Positions 39,297 through 52,921 of a stretch of 64,000 bases of DNA are shown here, in pieces. Below the pieces are notes generated by a model that worked only from the letters and a program-made list of their open reading frames with translations, did no database searches and was not told the DNA's origin. A program made the translations under genes and the position numbers. This stretch comes from the human T2T-CHM13v2.0 reference genome, Homo sapiens. The stretch lies in NCBI RefSeq assembly GCF_009914755.1, contig NC_060936.1; one strand, 5' to 3'. Each line of letters opens with the position of its first letter. Position 1 is the first letter of the stretch.

Positions 39297-41832
39297 CACA
39301 GCTGAATTTCTATGCAGCAAAATTTCAATCAATTTTTTACTCTAGTTCTTGTTCACTGTTCCAATTGATAATTGATAATATTTTTAAAAGGTGAAGGTTA
39401 TGGAAAGGAGAGAATGGAGTAGAAATTAAAACAGGACCCTCCACATTTGAACATTTAAGAGTATTCTAGAAACTTAGGTGGTTATAAATATTTTCATTCT
39501 CCTCATTAGGAAATATTTATTTAGATTTTGGATTCAAAAGCTCTTTTTCTTGTTGTGAATTTTACAGATTTTATGTGGCTCACAGTTAAACTTTCTTCAG
39601 GAATTTGGAATGTTCTTTAGGATTTCCTACATAATTCGTGGGCTGCTTATTAAATGAAATACTAAGTTGAGAGACCTATTGTGCAGGTTAAACATTTTAT
39701 AAAAATAGGGTATGAAACTATGGGTTTTGAGGATAAATGATACAATTAAATTCATGGGAATGCTAGGGATACTGCCACCTTGGGAGGAGAATTTACGGCA
39801 TGTCTTTAAAAGATGTGTAGACTCTGCCTTTTATCTAATTTTATTACCAATCAATTAATGTTGACCTGTCTAGTTGTTGTTAATGGTGGTGACGGGGCAG
39901 TTAATAAAAGGGTTGGGTGAGAGAAGTGTAGCAGGGATAGAAGTTTAGGTAAGAATAGGTTTGGGCCTGAAAAACTAAGAATGTCTGGTACATACAACTT
40001 CAAACACAATAATGCGTTCTATAAATATTCATAATTATTTTACATAAGGTGATCAGCCATAGTTAAATCAGTCTCTCTCTCTTTCTTCCCCTTGTATCTC
40101 CATTCTCCACTCTCTTTCCTCTCCCCATCATAAGCAAAAACTTCCTAATGTTTAATGTATATCTTTTTGGTTTGGAGCTCTTAGTTTCTTATATTTTTTT
40201 AGCCAAAACTACACATTTTAAAGTATATTGAAGTATAACATACATACAGGAAAGCATGCAAAGTGTACTGAAGAATGGTTGCAAACTGAACACACCTGTG
40301 TTACCAGCACCCACATCAAGAAATGTAATGTTTTCGGCACCTCAGCTGCCTCCTAAAGCCCCCTCCCAGGCACTCCCACGAAGGGGATCCAATCACCGTG
40401 ACTTCAAACACCCAAATTAGTTTTGAACCTTGTATACATGGAACCATATGATATATACTCTTTTGTGAGTGCTAAACATTGTCTCTAAGATTTATCCAGA
40501 TGATTAGTTTCAGCAGTAGTTTTATCTGATTATTTCTTCATAGTTGTCCACAGTATGGATATACCATACTTTACTTACCCATTTTATTCTTGTTGGATGT
40601 TGAAATGTTTCCCAGGTGGCTATTACCAATGCTACCTGTGCATTTAGTTCAGTAAACACATGTAAATATTTCTCCTAGCTATCTACTAGGCGTATAGTTG
40701 TTGTTTCATAGTGTATGCACTTGTTCAGCTTTAGGAGATACTGTCAAAGAATTTTTCAAAGTGGTTTGTTGATTTATACTCTCATAAAAGTGTGTCCAGT
40801 ACCTAGAACTGTCAGCTTTTTAACTTTATCCATTTGTGTCTGTGCAGTAGTATTTTATTGTGGAGTTTTTAATAGCTTTATTAGGGTACATATTTAAAAT
40901 GTACAATCTGATGAGTTGTGACAAACGTATACACTTGTAAAACCATCAACATAATCAAAGTAACAAACATAGGCATCGTCCCTAAAAGTTTCCTCCTGCC
41001 ATTTTGTAATCGCTGCATCCTCTTCCTCTTTTTCTCCCCTTGCCCCAGGAAAACCACTGATATCTTGTTCTTATGTATATAATTTTCTTTATTTTTACTT
41101 TAGCTTCCTTCTAGCTACTTTTAAGAGTTTTCAATTTGTCACTGATTTTAAGTTATTTGATGATGTGTCTCGGTGATTTCTTCATATTTCTTGTGTTGGG
41201 GTTTGTTGTACTTCCTGGAACTGTAGGTTTATTATTAATCAAATTGGAACACTTTCTGGGCCATTATTTCTTTATCTATATATGTTTTTTCTGGCTTCCC
41301 TATCTCTCCTTTCCTTCAGGAACTTCAGTTACATGTGTGTTAAGCTGTTTGAACTTCTGCCACAGCTTATTGATACTCTTTTTTAAAATTCATACTTCTG
41401 TGTTTTATTTTGAATAATTTAAAATATTCTGAGCTTACTAATCGTTTCTTCTGCTACATCTAATCAGCCATTAATCCCATCAGGTTTATTTTTCCTACTA
41501 GAAATTTTATATTTTATCTCTAGAAATTTAGAATTTCCATATTGGTCATTTTTATGGTATCTTTCATGTTCTTCTTTACCATGTCCATGTTTTCCTCTAC
41601 CTTTTTAAATATATAAAATATAGTTTTAATACCAATTTTAATGTTGTAATTTTACTATAAGTAATTTTTCAATCTGTTTTTATTGATTGGTCTCTTTATT
41701 TTGGATTTTTTTTCTGCCTCTTTGCACACGGTCATTTTTAATTGAATGATAGTGTGAATTTAATTTTAATTAAACTTTATGTGTTGGATATCTTTGTATT
41801 TATATAATTATTCTTGGAATGTGTTCTGGGAC

Positions 41833-41839
<7 letters not shown>

Positions 41840-41863
<24 letters not shown>

Positions 41864-42145
41864 GAGACGGAGTCTTGCTCTATTGCCCTGGCTGGAGTGC
41901 AGTGGCACCATCTCCGGCTAACTGCAAGCTCCGCCTCCCGGGTTCACAACATTCTCCTGCCTCAGCCTCCCGAGTAGCTGGGAGTCCAGGAGCCTGCCAC
42001 TATGCCTGGCTAATTTTTTGTATTTTTAGTAGAGATGGGGTTTCACTGTGTTAGCCAAGATGGTCTCGATCTCCTGACCTCGTGATCCACCCGCCTCAGC
42101 CTCCCAAAGTGCTGGGATTACAGGCGTGAGCCACCGCGCCTGGCC
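41840..42145 (-). mobile_element. AluY
   Basis: gcaagctccgcctcccgggttcac and gtgttagccaagatggtctcgatctcctgacctcgtg diagnostics; TSD core ctcagttcttt. Confidence 0.96.
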
Positions 42146-42377
42146 AGGCTCAGTTCTTTAGTTGGAAATAAATTTAATTATTTTGACGGTTTCCTATGAA
42201 ACTGTGCTAAGCATGACCAAAGCAGCCTGTATTGTAAATGTCTATTCAAGTAATTTGTACATTTATCATTGGGGCTGTTTATGTTTTCCTTACTTATTTT
42301 TAGGACAGGTAGTCACTCATTGAATATAGATATTATATTATATATATGTACACTATGTATATATATACACACAAAAA

Positions 42378-42380
<3 letters not shown>

Positions 42381-42412
<32 letters not shown>
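42381..42412. repeat. (CA)16 microsatellite
   Basis: Directly visible. Confidence 0.95.
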
Positions 42413-42415
<3 letters not shown>

Positions 42416-42958
42416 GAAATATCTTCTCTCACTCTGACATGATTTTTAACACTCCCTGAATAAAAATGTTTTTTCCTGAGGAGGAACGTAATAAATATTT
42501 GCCTCCCTGAACAGAGCTGTCTGCATTGTAGCAGCCAGATAAATAGCTTGTTAAAATGATGGAGGTCTAATGGGAATTTTGTTACCAGTTCACTACATAG
42601 GGAAGTTCACTGGAGCCCTTCCTGGAATCTCCTCAGTCACATTACAATCATGCCATCTACTTTTATTGCTGCTGAGATTGGTCCTATGTGTAGAAAAGTA
42701 TAAACAAACTTTCCCTATGACATGTGTTTGCCTAGAATGGGCCCTATAGATATTTTAAAAACCTCTGGAGATCTTTTACCAAGAAATATTATAAAATAAA
42801 TGAACCAGCCTTCCTTCTTATTAAAAACATACTTTTGAAGATGAATGCTTATTCAGAGATGAAAATGTCTATAGAAATATTTTTCTAGAAATATTAATCA
42901 TCCAATACTTTAGCTTTTCACTTAGAAAAGAAAATGAATCTTTCTGTGTAAATACATC

Positions 42959-43348
42959 TGCTGTGGCTTGAATATGTCCCCCCAAAGTTCATGTGTTGGT
43001 AACTTAATCTCCAGTGCAACAGTGTTGGGAAGTGGGATCTAATAAGAGGTGTCTAGATCATGAGTGCTCTGTGCTTATAAATGAATTCATGGTGTTATTG
43101 CAGGAGTGGGTTAACTGTTGTTAAAATGCAGTTGTTATAAAAGCGAGTTAGCCCCACTTGTGCTGGCCTGCTCTTTCACTCTCATGCCCTTCCACCATGG
43201 GATGACATAGCAAGAAGGCCCTCACCAGACACAGGTCCCTCACTCTTGGACTTTCCAGGCTCCAGAACTATAATAAATAAATTTCTTTTCTTTATAAATT
43301 ACCCAGCTTGTGGTATTCTGTCACAACAACATGAAACAAACAAAGACA
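42959..43348 (+). mobile_element. MSTD/MSTC-like solo LTR
   Basis: tgctgtggcttgaatatgtcccc...aagaca; TSD acatc/gcatc. Confidence 0.88.
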
Positions 43349-43549
43349 GCATCCAAATGGGAACATGTTATATCAGGTATTTGTGTTTCAAAGGGAAAAG
43401 GGTTAATTAAAGAGCTTCAGATTAATCACTGTTAAAATAAGTAACTTCCACTTCTTTGTCTAAATTATTTTAAATATTTATTATACTGAAATTATAATGA
43501 CTGGGGAATATATCCCTTATTTTTACCTATCTTACATCCCAGATAATGT

Positions 43550-43720
43550 TAATCTATTTATCTATTTGGAAATAATAGCTTACTGTGAGCCAAGCACTAA
43601 GGATACAAGACAATATAAACTAGACATCAGTCCTTATCCAAAGGAGTTTTTGTTCAGAGGGATGAGATATAGGTAAACAGGCAATGTTAAGTACTATCAC
43701 AGAGGTCAGTAAAACCTTTA
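43550..43720 (-). mobile_element. L2 3' fragment
   Basis: gcttactgtgagccaagcactaaggataca...agacatcagtccttatccaaaggag. Confidence 0.55.
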
Positions 43721-44536
43721 GATACCAGGTGATAGTTTGTCTTGTTAGAGACTGATGCCTGGAGGAAAATATTTTTGAATGTTATATGTTAAGCATGTAA
43801 TGAAGTCAATAAATCTCATTAAGCCAGGACTTGATGTCTTTTCCAAGTAAGTGAATATTGCAGATATTTAAGTACGAGTGTGTCTAAAGTGTTTTTAAGG
43901 GAAAGAGGGGAAAGAAGAATCTATAGAGAGTTAACAAGGTTCTTTTGAAGAAAACTATATAAAACAGAGGAGCACATCACCAGTAATCATTATCATCCCT
44001 ATCATTATCAAAACTACTACCATTCACTGAGACTTGATTCTGTCCTGGGTGACCCATGTGCATTGAAACTTAGTATAATGGCTTTCTTTAAGGTCTTGCT
44101 GCTAGTAACTAGATTCAAAATCTTTCTCTCTTTAAAGGCATGTTTTTTTTTCTACTTCACTAGGGTTTCTAGGGTTTCTCAGAGACCAGCACGTATAGTA
44201 CATTCTAATCCAGTAAGATGAGAGTAACGAAACCACCTGATAGTAGAACTTCAGCACACAAGTCCATAGGAGATATGCCTAAGGCTCGGACAAATAGGAT
44301 CTTTTCTATTTACAAACTAAAAGAAGTCCTAAAATATTAGATAATTTAAAGAGGACTGGTAAAGCTATCATGTAGAAACCTCAAGTGGTAGGGCCTGGAA
44401 AGGACTCTTAGATATTACAGTGGGGATGGGAGCTGGTAAATGCCTGGAGGGATTGCTTAGTGCCTTGCCCTTACATTTATTAAATTAGATGAGCAATGTG
44501 AAACCATAGTTGTTACATATTCTTACCCTCTATAGT

Positions 44537-45108
44537 TAGAAGGGGCTCAGAATATGCCATCTTAAAATATGGCACTTTCGCTTAAGAATTATTTTGAGCT
44601 GAAGGCAATTGAGAAACAAAAGATTCAGGAAAAGTTCTGTGCCCCCCACATTATGTGCATAGCATTTGCCTTCAAGGAAGTTACCTCCCTGTACCAGGAA
44701 GAGGAGACCAAATTTTATCACAGGGATGGGGGGTCATATGAGCATGAATGTGCATAAACAAACCTTATCAAAATAAGTCATATCTTCCGTTAGTTTCCCC
44801 CATATATTTCCTTGTCACTTTCCCACAATTTATCCCAGCCAGAAGCCCAAATCCCCCTTCCTTTGTCTAGTCATTCCTCCACAACTTACCACCCTTTGTT
44901 AAAATGGTACATGAACCCCAAAGTCTAATTGCTTTTTTGAGTTTTCACTGCTTTCTTGTGAAGCTCCTCCCCACCACACAAAAATATTAACATCAATAAA
45001 ATTGTACATTTTCTCCTGTCAATCTGTCTTTTGTCAGTTTAATTCACAGGCTTCAGCCACTGCACCTAACAGAGTAGAGGAGAAGTTGTTTTTATTTCCC
45101 CTCCTAGA
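44537..45108 (+). mobile_element. MER34-family ERV1 solo LTR
   Basis: gaaggggctcagaatatgcc...aaaatatggcacttt...ttattttgagctgaaggcaattgagaa; AATAAA at 44995; aatctgtcttttgtcagtttaatt. Confidence 0.8.
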
Positions 45109-45999
45109 CAGTCTATACCCTAGACTTTTCTCACACAGAATGTAATATAATGTGGCAGGAAAAATATCTGGCCAGGAGTTAAGATATTTATTAGTCTCAT
45201 CCTGGACATTAGCTACCTCTGTGATTGAGTTAAAGGATTCTACTCCAAGTCTTTGAGCCTAAACTTTCTTATCAGCATAATAAAACGATTAGACTAGAAG
45301 AGGATGGCAAATAGGATTCAGTTCATCACTAGAAGCCTTTGTCAAAGAAGGCTGAGAAGCCGTGTGTACCATGATCAATCACTACTGTCTACGATAAGCA
45401 CTGGAGTGGAGTAACTGCAGTATATGTGTAGAATATGTGTCAGCTCTGGAATAAAAGATGGATAAAATCTCTTCAACTTCTAGCATTCAGTGAATCAGTT
45501 TGTACCCTTTAATGGGTTGTTGATACAGGCTAGAGAAATTTACCATATTCCAGATTCCATCAGAGGAAAAAGTGGGCAAATATCTGAAACGATGACACAA
45601 TGTTTGGGGGAGAAATGGAATCTGTTTTGAGTCTTAGGTGAGAAGAGCAGCAGTAACTCAAGATTTACCAAGGGTGCAATATTCCATTTTGTCCCATGTT
45701 ATCCAAAAATTGTGTTTGGGTGCTAAAGATACTTATACAATTAGTATATAAAGGTAGATATACCACAACCCCTGCCCTCATTCTAATGTTAAGGTTAATT
45801 GATGCTTCTGGAAGGAAAATCTTTATGAAGAATCTAGTTAATGTTATCAAAGACTTGGTTTCCACAACCTGATAATGGACATCAAGTTCTTCCAGTGTGA
45901 AACAATTTGAATTTACTTAAATACAACCATATCATGCTGCATTCAAAGTTTCAGAATCTTCTTTCTACATAATTTAAGTTTACTCCCACCTCTTTCTTC

Positions 46000-46720
46000 C
46001 AGATGCAGATGTAATTTATGTAGAAGCAGACATTGAAATAAGCCACTCGGTGCTGACTCGTTTTCATTTCCATAATGTTCTTTGGGGGGAAAGTATTAAA
46101 TCAATTTTAACCTGTTTGGGCCTGCGTCCAAATAATGTGCAGTCCTGTTTGAAGAGAATCAGTTTTGAAATTTGTAAAAGAGGTCATATGAAATGCATTA
46201 CTCAGTTAAGTAAAGGAACTTATACTTTATTATAGAATACTGTACCATCTGCTGGATGAATATAACTAATTAAATTTGACTTGGTATGTGATTGTAACAA
46301 ACAGTTGAAAAACAAAAATTCTACAGTGAATTCTTCAGCAGCACCTGAAATGATAGATACCCACTCAGAAAGATTGCATCCAGCCCTGGTCAGGTTGCAA
46401 ACAGACTTTCCATTGTCTGGCTGCAGTCTACATAATGTTTGCATTAAAAACAGGTCAGTTTCAGTAACTATTCACAAGCAACACAGAAAACTCAAATGCA
46501 ATGTTGGTCTGCTGTCAAAGAGCTAACAAGCTAACATGTTGGAATCAAAATGATTGCAAAGCTTCCCTGGTCATGGAAAAGAAACTACAAGTTCGCTGAG
46601 AAGAGTACTGCCAACGTCCCTGTTTTTTAAAAAGCAACCAAACAACTCTGTATGAAATACTCATTGCCTGTAATCCTGCAATTAAGTTGGAATGCTGCAG
46701 TGACAAACCAGGCTACAGCT
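46000..46720. promoter_or_regulatory. Candidate conserved non-coding or enhancer element
   Basis: No repeat recognised; Maf-type TGCTGACTC at 46051-46059; homeobox TAATTAA; E-boxes. Inference only. Confidence 0.25.
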
Positions 46721-46834
46721 ATACTACTCTTTAGTATCGGGTATGAGGAAATCAAACCTAACTCTTTCTATAGGCTTCAATTGCATCTGTCAAATGGAAA
46801 TAAGAGACCTTGTTAGGGGAGCTGTTAGGGGAAC

Positions 46835-47239
46835 TGATACAGTTTGGACATTTGTCCCCTCCAAATATCATGTTGAAATTTGACCTCCAATGTTGGAAGT
46901 GGAGCCTTGTGGGAGGTGTTTGGGTCATGGGGGTAGATCCCTCATGTACAGCTTGGTGTCATCTCTGCAGTAATGTGTGAGTTCTCACTCTATTAGTTCC
47001 CATGTTTAAAAGCCTGGCACCTCCCTACCTAACACTCTGTCACCATGTGACCTCTGCACAGGCTGGCTCCCATCTGCCTTTAGTCATGAGTGGAAGCAGC
47101 CTGAAGCCCTCCCGAGAAGCAGATGCTGGCACCATGCTTCTTGTATAGCATGCAGAACCATGAGACAAATAAATCTCTTTTCTTTATAAATTACCCAGCC
47201 TCACATATTTCTTTATAGCAACACAAATGGACTAAGACA
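46835..47239 (+). mobile_element. MSTB/MSTB1 solo LTR
   Basis: tgatacagtttgga...ggactaagaca; perfect TSD ggaac at 46830-46834 and 47240-47244. Confidence 0.93.
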
Positions 47240-47356
47240 GGAACGAAAGGATATAGAAAGTGTTTTATACCAAATGCTATATAAACTTACCTATACAGAT
47301 GCTTGAATAACAAAATGATTAGTTAAAAGAGAAACTTTTTTTCTGAAATATGACAA

Positions 47357-47585
47357 CAGATGGTCCCCAACTTACCATGATTCTATTTATGATTTTTCCA
47401 TTTTATGATGGTGCAAAAGTGATACACATTCAGTTGCTCCTTGACTTACAACTGGGCTTTATCCAGATAAGCCCATTGTAAGTTCAAAATATCCTAAGTA
47501 AAAAGCACACTTTTGACTTATGATATTTTGAACTTACAATGGGTTTATCTGAAGGTAACCCCCATTGTAACTTGAGGAGTATTTG
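47357..47585. mobile_element. MER47/Tigger5-type non-autonomous DNA transposon with long internal palindrome
   Basis: cagatggtccccaacttac and cttgaggagtatttg|ta termini; inverted arms at 47464-47499 and 47516-47551. Confidence 0.8.
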
Positions 47586-48058
47586 TACTCAGTATCAACC
47601 ACTGAAGCATCATCGTATTTGACTTTTTCACTTTTCACCCAGATGTTCTTATTATGTGTTGGCACAGCCTTGGTACTTTCTATAAGGCAAACAAATGCAT
47701 CATTGTAGAAGCACCAACAAGGGTACTAACTTTATAACTTTTATGGGAACTATCTTTTGAAGATCACTCATCATTTCTCCAGGAAATGTTGGTAAAATTA
47801 ATACATTTTTATATTTAAATGATTTGTCTTTTTAAAAAATAAAGTAACAGTATATCCTTTTTTAAAATAAAGGGCGTGTTAAAGTATTTCTTCACTTGTT
47901 CAAACAATTGAATCTTAATAAAAGGAAGGGTTCCTAACAATTGTCCTTAATAAAAGGAAGTGTATGAATAAATGCACTTTGCACTGGAATCCATAAATGT
48001 AAAAAAAATAGTGACAAAAAGCTGATCTATATAATTTGGTGATAAAGAGTTCTGCCTA

Positions 48059-48369
<311 letters not shown>

Positions 48370-49129
48370 CTAGTGTACACTTCTGCTTTGTGCCGATGGT
48401 GTTTATGAAACAAAAGTATTATCACTCTTCAGAAGAGAATTGGGGTTGAACAAAAAGAAAACAGAAAATTTGTCTGAGAAACAGAAGAAGCTGATAGCAT
48501 TAGGGCCTACAGGACAAGAGAAGTTTCTCACGAGTAATTTGTGCAGGAATTAAGAGTTCATTAGAAATGACCTTTAAAAAAATAACTAGCTTATTCAAAT
48601 ACTGAGTTTATTTTTCTATAACCATTTTTGCCAGTATGAAAATCATGGTTATCTTGGCGGGCCTATGCAAGACAGCTGAATTCAAAGTAACCTGTTGACA
48701 TATGGGAATGATAGGAGCAAATGCCAAATTGAAATAAGCAGAAGGAACATATGAAATAAATCATTGCAAAGCTGAACACATGTAGATAGAGCTGGCCAAA
48801 TTAGACTTTGGGAAAAGCAAGAAAAAGCAGAATGAGATAAATGCTTGGGGTTGGAATCAAAGAATACTGTAATTCTCCTGAGGTCAGAAGAAGCTGCAAC
48901 ATGCAAACCTGAGCTATAGAATTTAAAGGTGGTTACAACAAAATTTTATCTAGAAAAGCCATCAAGGCTTATTCTTTAATTGTATATTTATTAAAGACAT
49001 GTTACAGGATATCCCTCTTAAGCTGACCTGCCTGTTTACAATACGTGTCTACTTAAGAATGGATTTATAAACATGCATCATTTGCCAAGGTTGAAAATCT
49101 CCATCATCTTTTATAAATACATTATCCAG

Positions 49130-49700
49130 GCATTATTAAAAAGCTGGAACTATTGTCCCAGTGAGATGATTTCTGGCAGGTCTCTGCAGGATTTCCTGTT
49201 CTGATATCGTTTGAGTAGGTGATGACCGCACGTCAGTCAGGAGCAATAGGGGCTTGCACCTGTGCTCAGTCAAAATGCATCCTATCAAATCAGGGCACTG
49301 GGCTTTCCTTTCAGTAGCCCGTTTAAAGTGGTGCTGACCTGAAAATAATCTTGTCTTACTTTTGAAATTTCCTTTTAAAATTGTTTTGAGCCAATCTGTC
49401 AACAGGTGTATGCTTTTTCCGCCAGATAGCAGCAATTAAGATATCAACTGCTATTTCTTTGATTGCAGAGCGCGGGGGATGTCCTCACTGAGCACAGTTT
49501 AGGTTAGAGGCAGCATCTGGGTTTCTGTAAGAAGCTGATTTTATCCAGTTTGGCAGCTGATTTGATTGAGAAAATGTCATCAAGTGATGTTTTTCCAGTC
49601 ACAAAAAGGTACTGTGGAAAAGATCCTTAAAGGACTGTCATGAAGACCCATTGTCCCCACAGTGACTGGACACCGCCATACTTCTCTTGCTCTATGAGGA
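49130..49700. promoter_or_regulatory. Candidate conserved non-coding or enhancer element
   Basis: No repeat recognised; seven CpGs at 49208-49474; CACGTCA, CCAAT, CTGTCA, CAGGTG and CAGCTG motifs. Inference only. Confidence 0.35.
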
Positions 49701-49959
49701 GGTTTTGAATTTAAATAATAGAGAAACACTTTAGGTTTTTATTGGCTATTTTTAAACTAGTTTCATGGAGACAGATCTTTAGTGTACATATTAAATTTTA
49801 GAGAAATATACTTTTTTGGAATTGATACAATTCTGCTTTTTATATCTTAATTTATGTGACACCACTGTCATTCAAGAAACACTATGAGTTGTTATACCTC
49901 CATGACTCCTACTTCTTGGTTCCTTAAAAGCAGGAACTTAGACAGTAATATTAATAATT

Positions 49960-50170
49960 ATTATTATAACGATTACTTTTTATAATGCTTACTATATATA
50001 CATTGGCACTGTTCCAAGTACTTTACCTGTATTATCTCATTTAATCCTCACAAAATGCAGGGAAATAGGTACTATTATTTCCCTTGAGCAGATAAAGAAA
50101 CTGAAGCTTAAAGAGTTTATTTAATATTAGAGTGTTTATATTTATCTTTCTGACTCCAGTTAATTTATTT
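49960..50170 (-). mobile_element. MIR
   Basis: tattatctcatttaatcctcaca...aggtactattatt...cagataaagaaactgaagcttaaagag. Confidence 0.8.
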
Positions 50171-50294
50171 CCTAGCATAGTGTATCTGTGTGATAGGATT
50201 ACGTTGTAGCCTGCCTTCAGTATCTGGCTTTCAATCCCTGCCTTGAGTCCTACCCTATAGGTTTCAACCTCTGTTCTTAGTCACTTTGGGCTCC

Positions 50295-52639
50295 TGTATT
50301 AGTCTGTTTTCATGCTGCTAATAAAGACATACACAAGACTGAGTAATTTATAAATGAAAGAGGTTTAATTGACTCACAGATCAACATAGCTGGGGGGGCC
50401 TCAGGTAACTTACAATCATAGTGGAAGGGGAAGTAAACATGTCCCTCTTCACATGATGGCAGCAAGGAGAAGTGCCAAGCAAGAGGGGGAAAAGAACCTT
50501 ATACAACCATCAGATCTCTTGAGAACTCACTTCACTATCATTCGAACATCATGAGTGTAACTGCCCCCATGATAAAATTACCTCCCACCAGGTCTCTCTC
50601 ACTACATGTGGGGATTATGGGAACTACAATTCAAGATGAGATTTGGGTGGATACCACAGCCAAACCATATCATTCTGTCCCTGGACCTTCCCAAATATCA
50701 TGTCCTCACATTTCAAAATGCATCATGCCTTCCCAACAGTCCCCTGAAATCTTAACTCATTTCAGCATTAACTCAAAAGTCCACCATCCAAAATCTCATC
50801 TGAGACAAAGCAAGTCCCTTCTGCCTAGGAGCCTGTAAAATCAAAAGCAAGTTAGTTACTTCCTAGATACAATGGAGTACAGCATTGGGTAAATACACCC
50901 ATTCCAAATTGGAGAAATTGGCCAAAATGAAGGGACTACAGGCCCCATGCAAGTCCAAAATCCAGTGGGGCAGTCAAATCTTAATGCTCCAAAATGATCT
51001 CCTTTGACTCTATGTCTCACATCCAGGTCACGCTGATACAACAGGTGGGTTCCCATGGTTTTGGGCAGCTCCACCCCTGTGGCTTTGCAGTGTACAGCCC
51101 CTCTTCTGGCTGCTTTCATGGGCTGGCATTGAGTGTCTGCAGCTTTTCCAGGTGCACAGTGCAAGCTCTCAGTGGATCTACCATTCCAAGGTCTGGAGGA
51201 TGGTGGCCCTCTTCTCACAGCTCCACTAGGCAGTGCCCCAGTGAGGACTCTGTGTGTGGGCTCCCACCCCACACTTCCCTTTCACACTGCCCTAGCAGAG
51301 GTTCTCCAAGAGGGCCCCACCCCTGCAGCAAACTTCTGCCTGGACACGCAGGGATTTCCAAACATCGTTTGAAATCTAGGTAAAGGTCTCCAAACCTCAA
51401 TTTTTGATTTCTGTGCTCCCACAGGCTCAACACCACATGAAAGCCACCAAGGTTTGTGGCCTGCACCTGCACCCTCTGAAACAACAGCCTGGGCTGTACA
51501 TTGGCACCTTTTAGCCACAGCTGGGATGTAGGGCACCAAGTTCTCAGAGTGAACAAAGCAGCAAGGCCCAAAAAGCATTTTTTCTTCTAGGCCTCTGGGC
51601 CTGTCATGGGAGGGGCTGCCATGAAGATCTCTGACATGCCCTGGAGACATTTTCCTCATTGTCTTAATGATTAACATTTGGCTCCTTGTTACTTATGCAA
51701 ATTTCTGCAGCTGGCTTGAATTTCTCCTTAGAAAATGGACTTTTCTATTGCATTGTCAGGCTGCAAATTTTATGAACTTTTATCCTCTGCTTCCCTTTTT
51801 TTTCCAATTCTAAGCCATATATTTGTGAATGAATAAAACAATCCTTTTAAGAGCATCCAACTGACATCTTCAACACTTTGCTGCTTAAATTTTTTTTCCT
51901 CCAAATACCCTAAATCATCTCTCTCAAGTTCAAAGTTCCACAGATCTGTAGGGCAGAGGCAAAATGCTGCCAGTCTCTTTGCTAAAGCATAGCAAGAATC
52001 ACCTTTGCTTCCATTCCTGATAACTTCCTCATCTCCATCTGAGACTACCTCAGTCTGAACTTTATTGTCCATATCACTATCAGCATTTTGGTCAAAAACC
52101 ATTCAATAGGTCTCTAGGAAGCTCCAAACTTTTCTACATCTTCCTGACTTCTTCTGAGCCCTCTACACTGCTCCAGCCTCTTCCTGTCACCCAGTTCCAA
52201 AGAAAGTTCCACATTTTTGGGTATCTTAATAGCAGAACCTCACTTCTGGTACCAATTTACTGTATTAGTTTGTTCTCACGCTGCTAAAAAAGACACACCC
52301 AAGACTGGGTAATTTATAAAGTAAAGAGGTTTAATTGACTCACAGTTCAGCGTGCCTGGGGAGGCCTCAGGTAACTTACAATCATGGCGGAAGGCAAAGC
52401 AAACATGTCCTTCTTCACATGGTGGCAGCAGGAAGAAGTGCCAAGCAAGAAGGGGGAAAAGAACCTTATAAAACCATCAGATCTTGTGAGAACTCACTCA
52501 GTATCATGAGAATAGCATGAGGGTAACCCCCACCCCATGATTAAATTACCTCTCACTGGGTCCCTCCCACAACATGTGGGGATTATGGGAGCTACAATTC
52601 AAGATTAGATTTGGGTGGGGACACAGCCAAACCATCTCA
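50295..52639 (-). mobile_element. Full-length THE1 (C/D-like): 3' LTR 50295-50672, internal 50673-52260, 5' LTR 52261-52639
   Basis: Two direct LTRs (tgtattagt...aaaccat(a/c)tca) around a ~1.6-kb THE1-int; TSD gctcc/gctac. Confidence 0.95.
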
Positions 52640-52921
52640 GCTACTATAACAAAAATACCATACACCTGATGGATTAAACAATATAAATTTGTTCTTCATA
52701 GTTCTGGAGACTGAGATGTCTGAGATCAAGTCCCAGCATGGTCTGGTTCTGGTAAGAACCCTCTTCCTAGTTTGCAGATGGTTGCCTTGTTACTGTGTCC
52801 TCACATGGTAGAGAGAGAAAGCAAGTTCTCTCTTTACAAAAGCACTCACCCCATCATGGGAGCTCCATCCTTATGACCTCATTTAACTCTAATTACCTCC
52901 TAAAAGCACACCTCCAAATAC

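Larger units (their letters stand above)
40190..42470 (-). mobile_element. Cluster of old L1 fragments (L1ME-like host; L1MB-like 3' piece ~40866-41070; ORF1/5' piece ~41080-42235)
   Basis: gaacacacctgtgttaccagcacccacatcaagaaa; ttttaatagctttatt...ccccaggaaaaccactgat; ggccattatttcttt; boundaries approximate. Confidence 0.7.

Noticed and set aside
50551-52520. Cluster of 61-138 aa ORFs on both strands
   Set aside because: All lie within the THE1 LTR/internal sequence; decayed MaLR frames, not host genes
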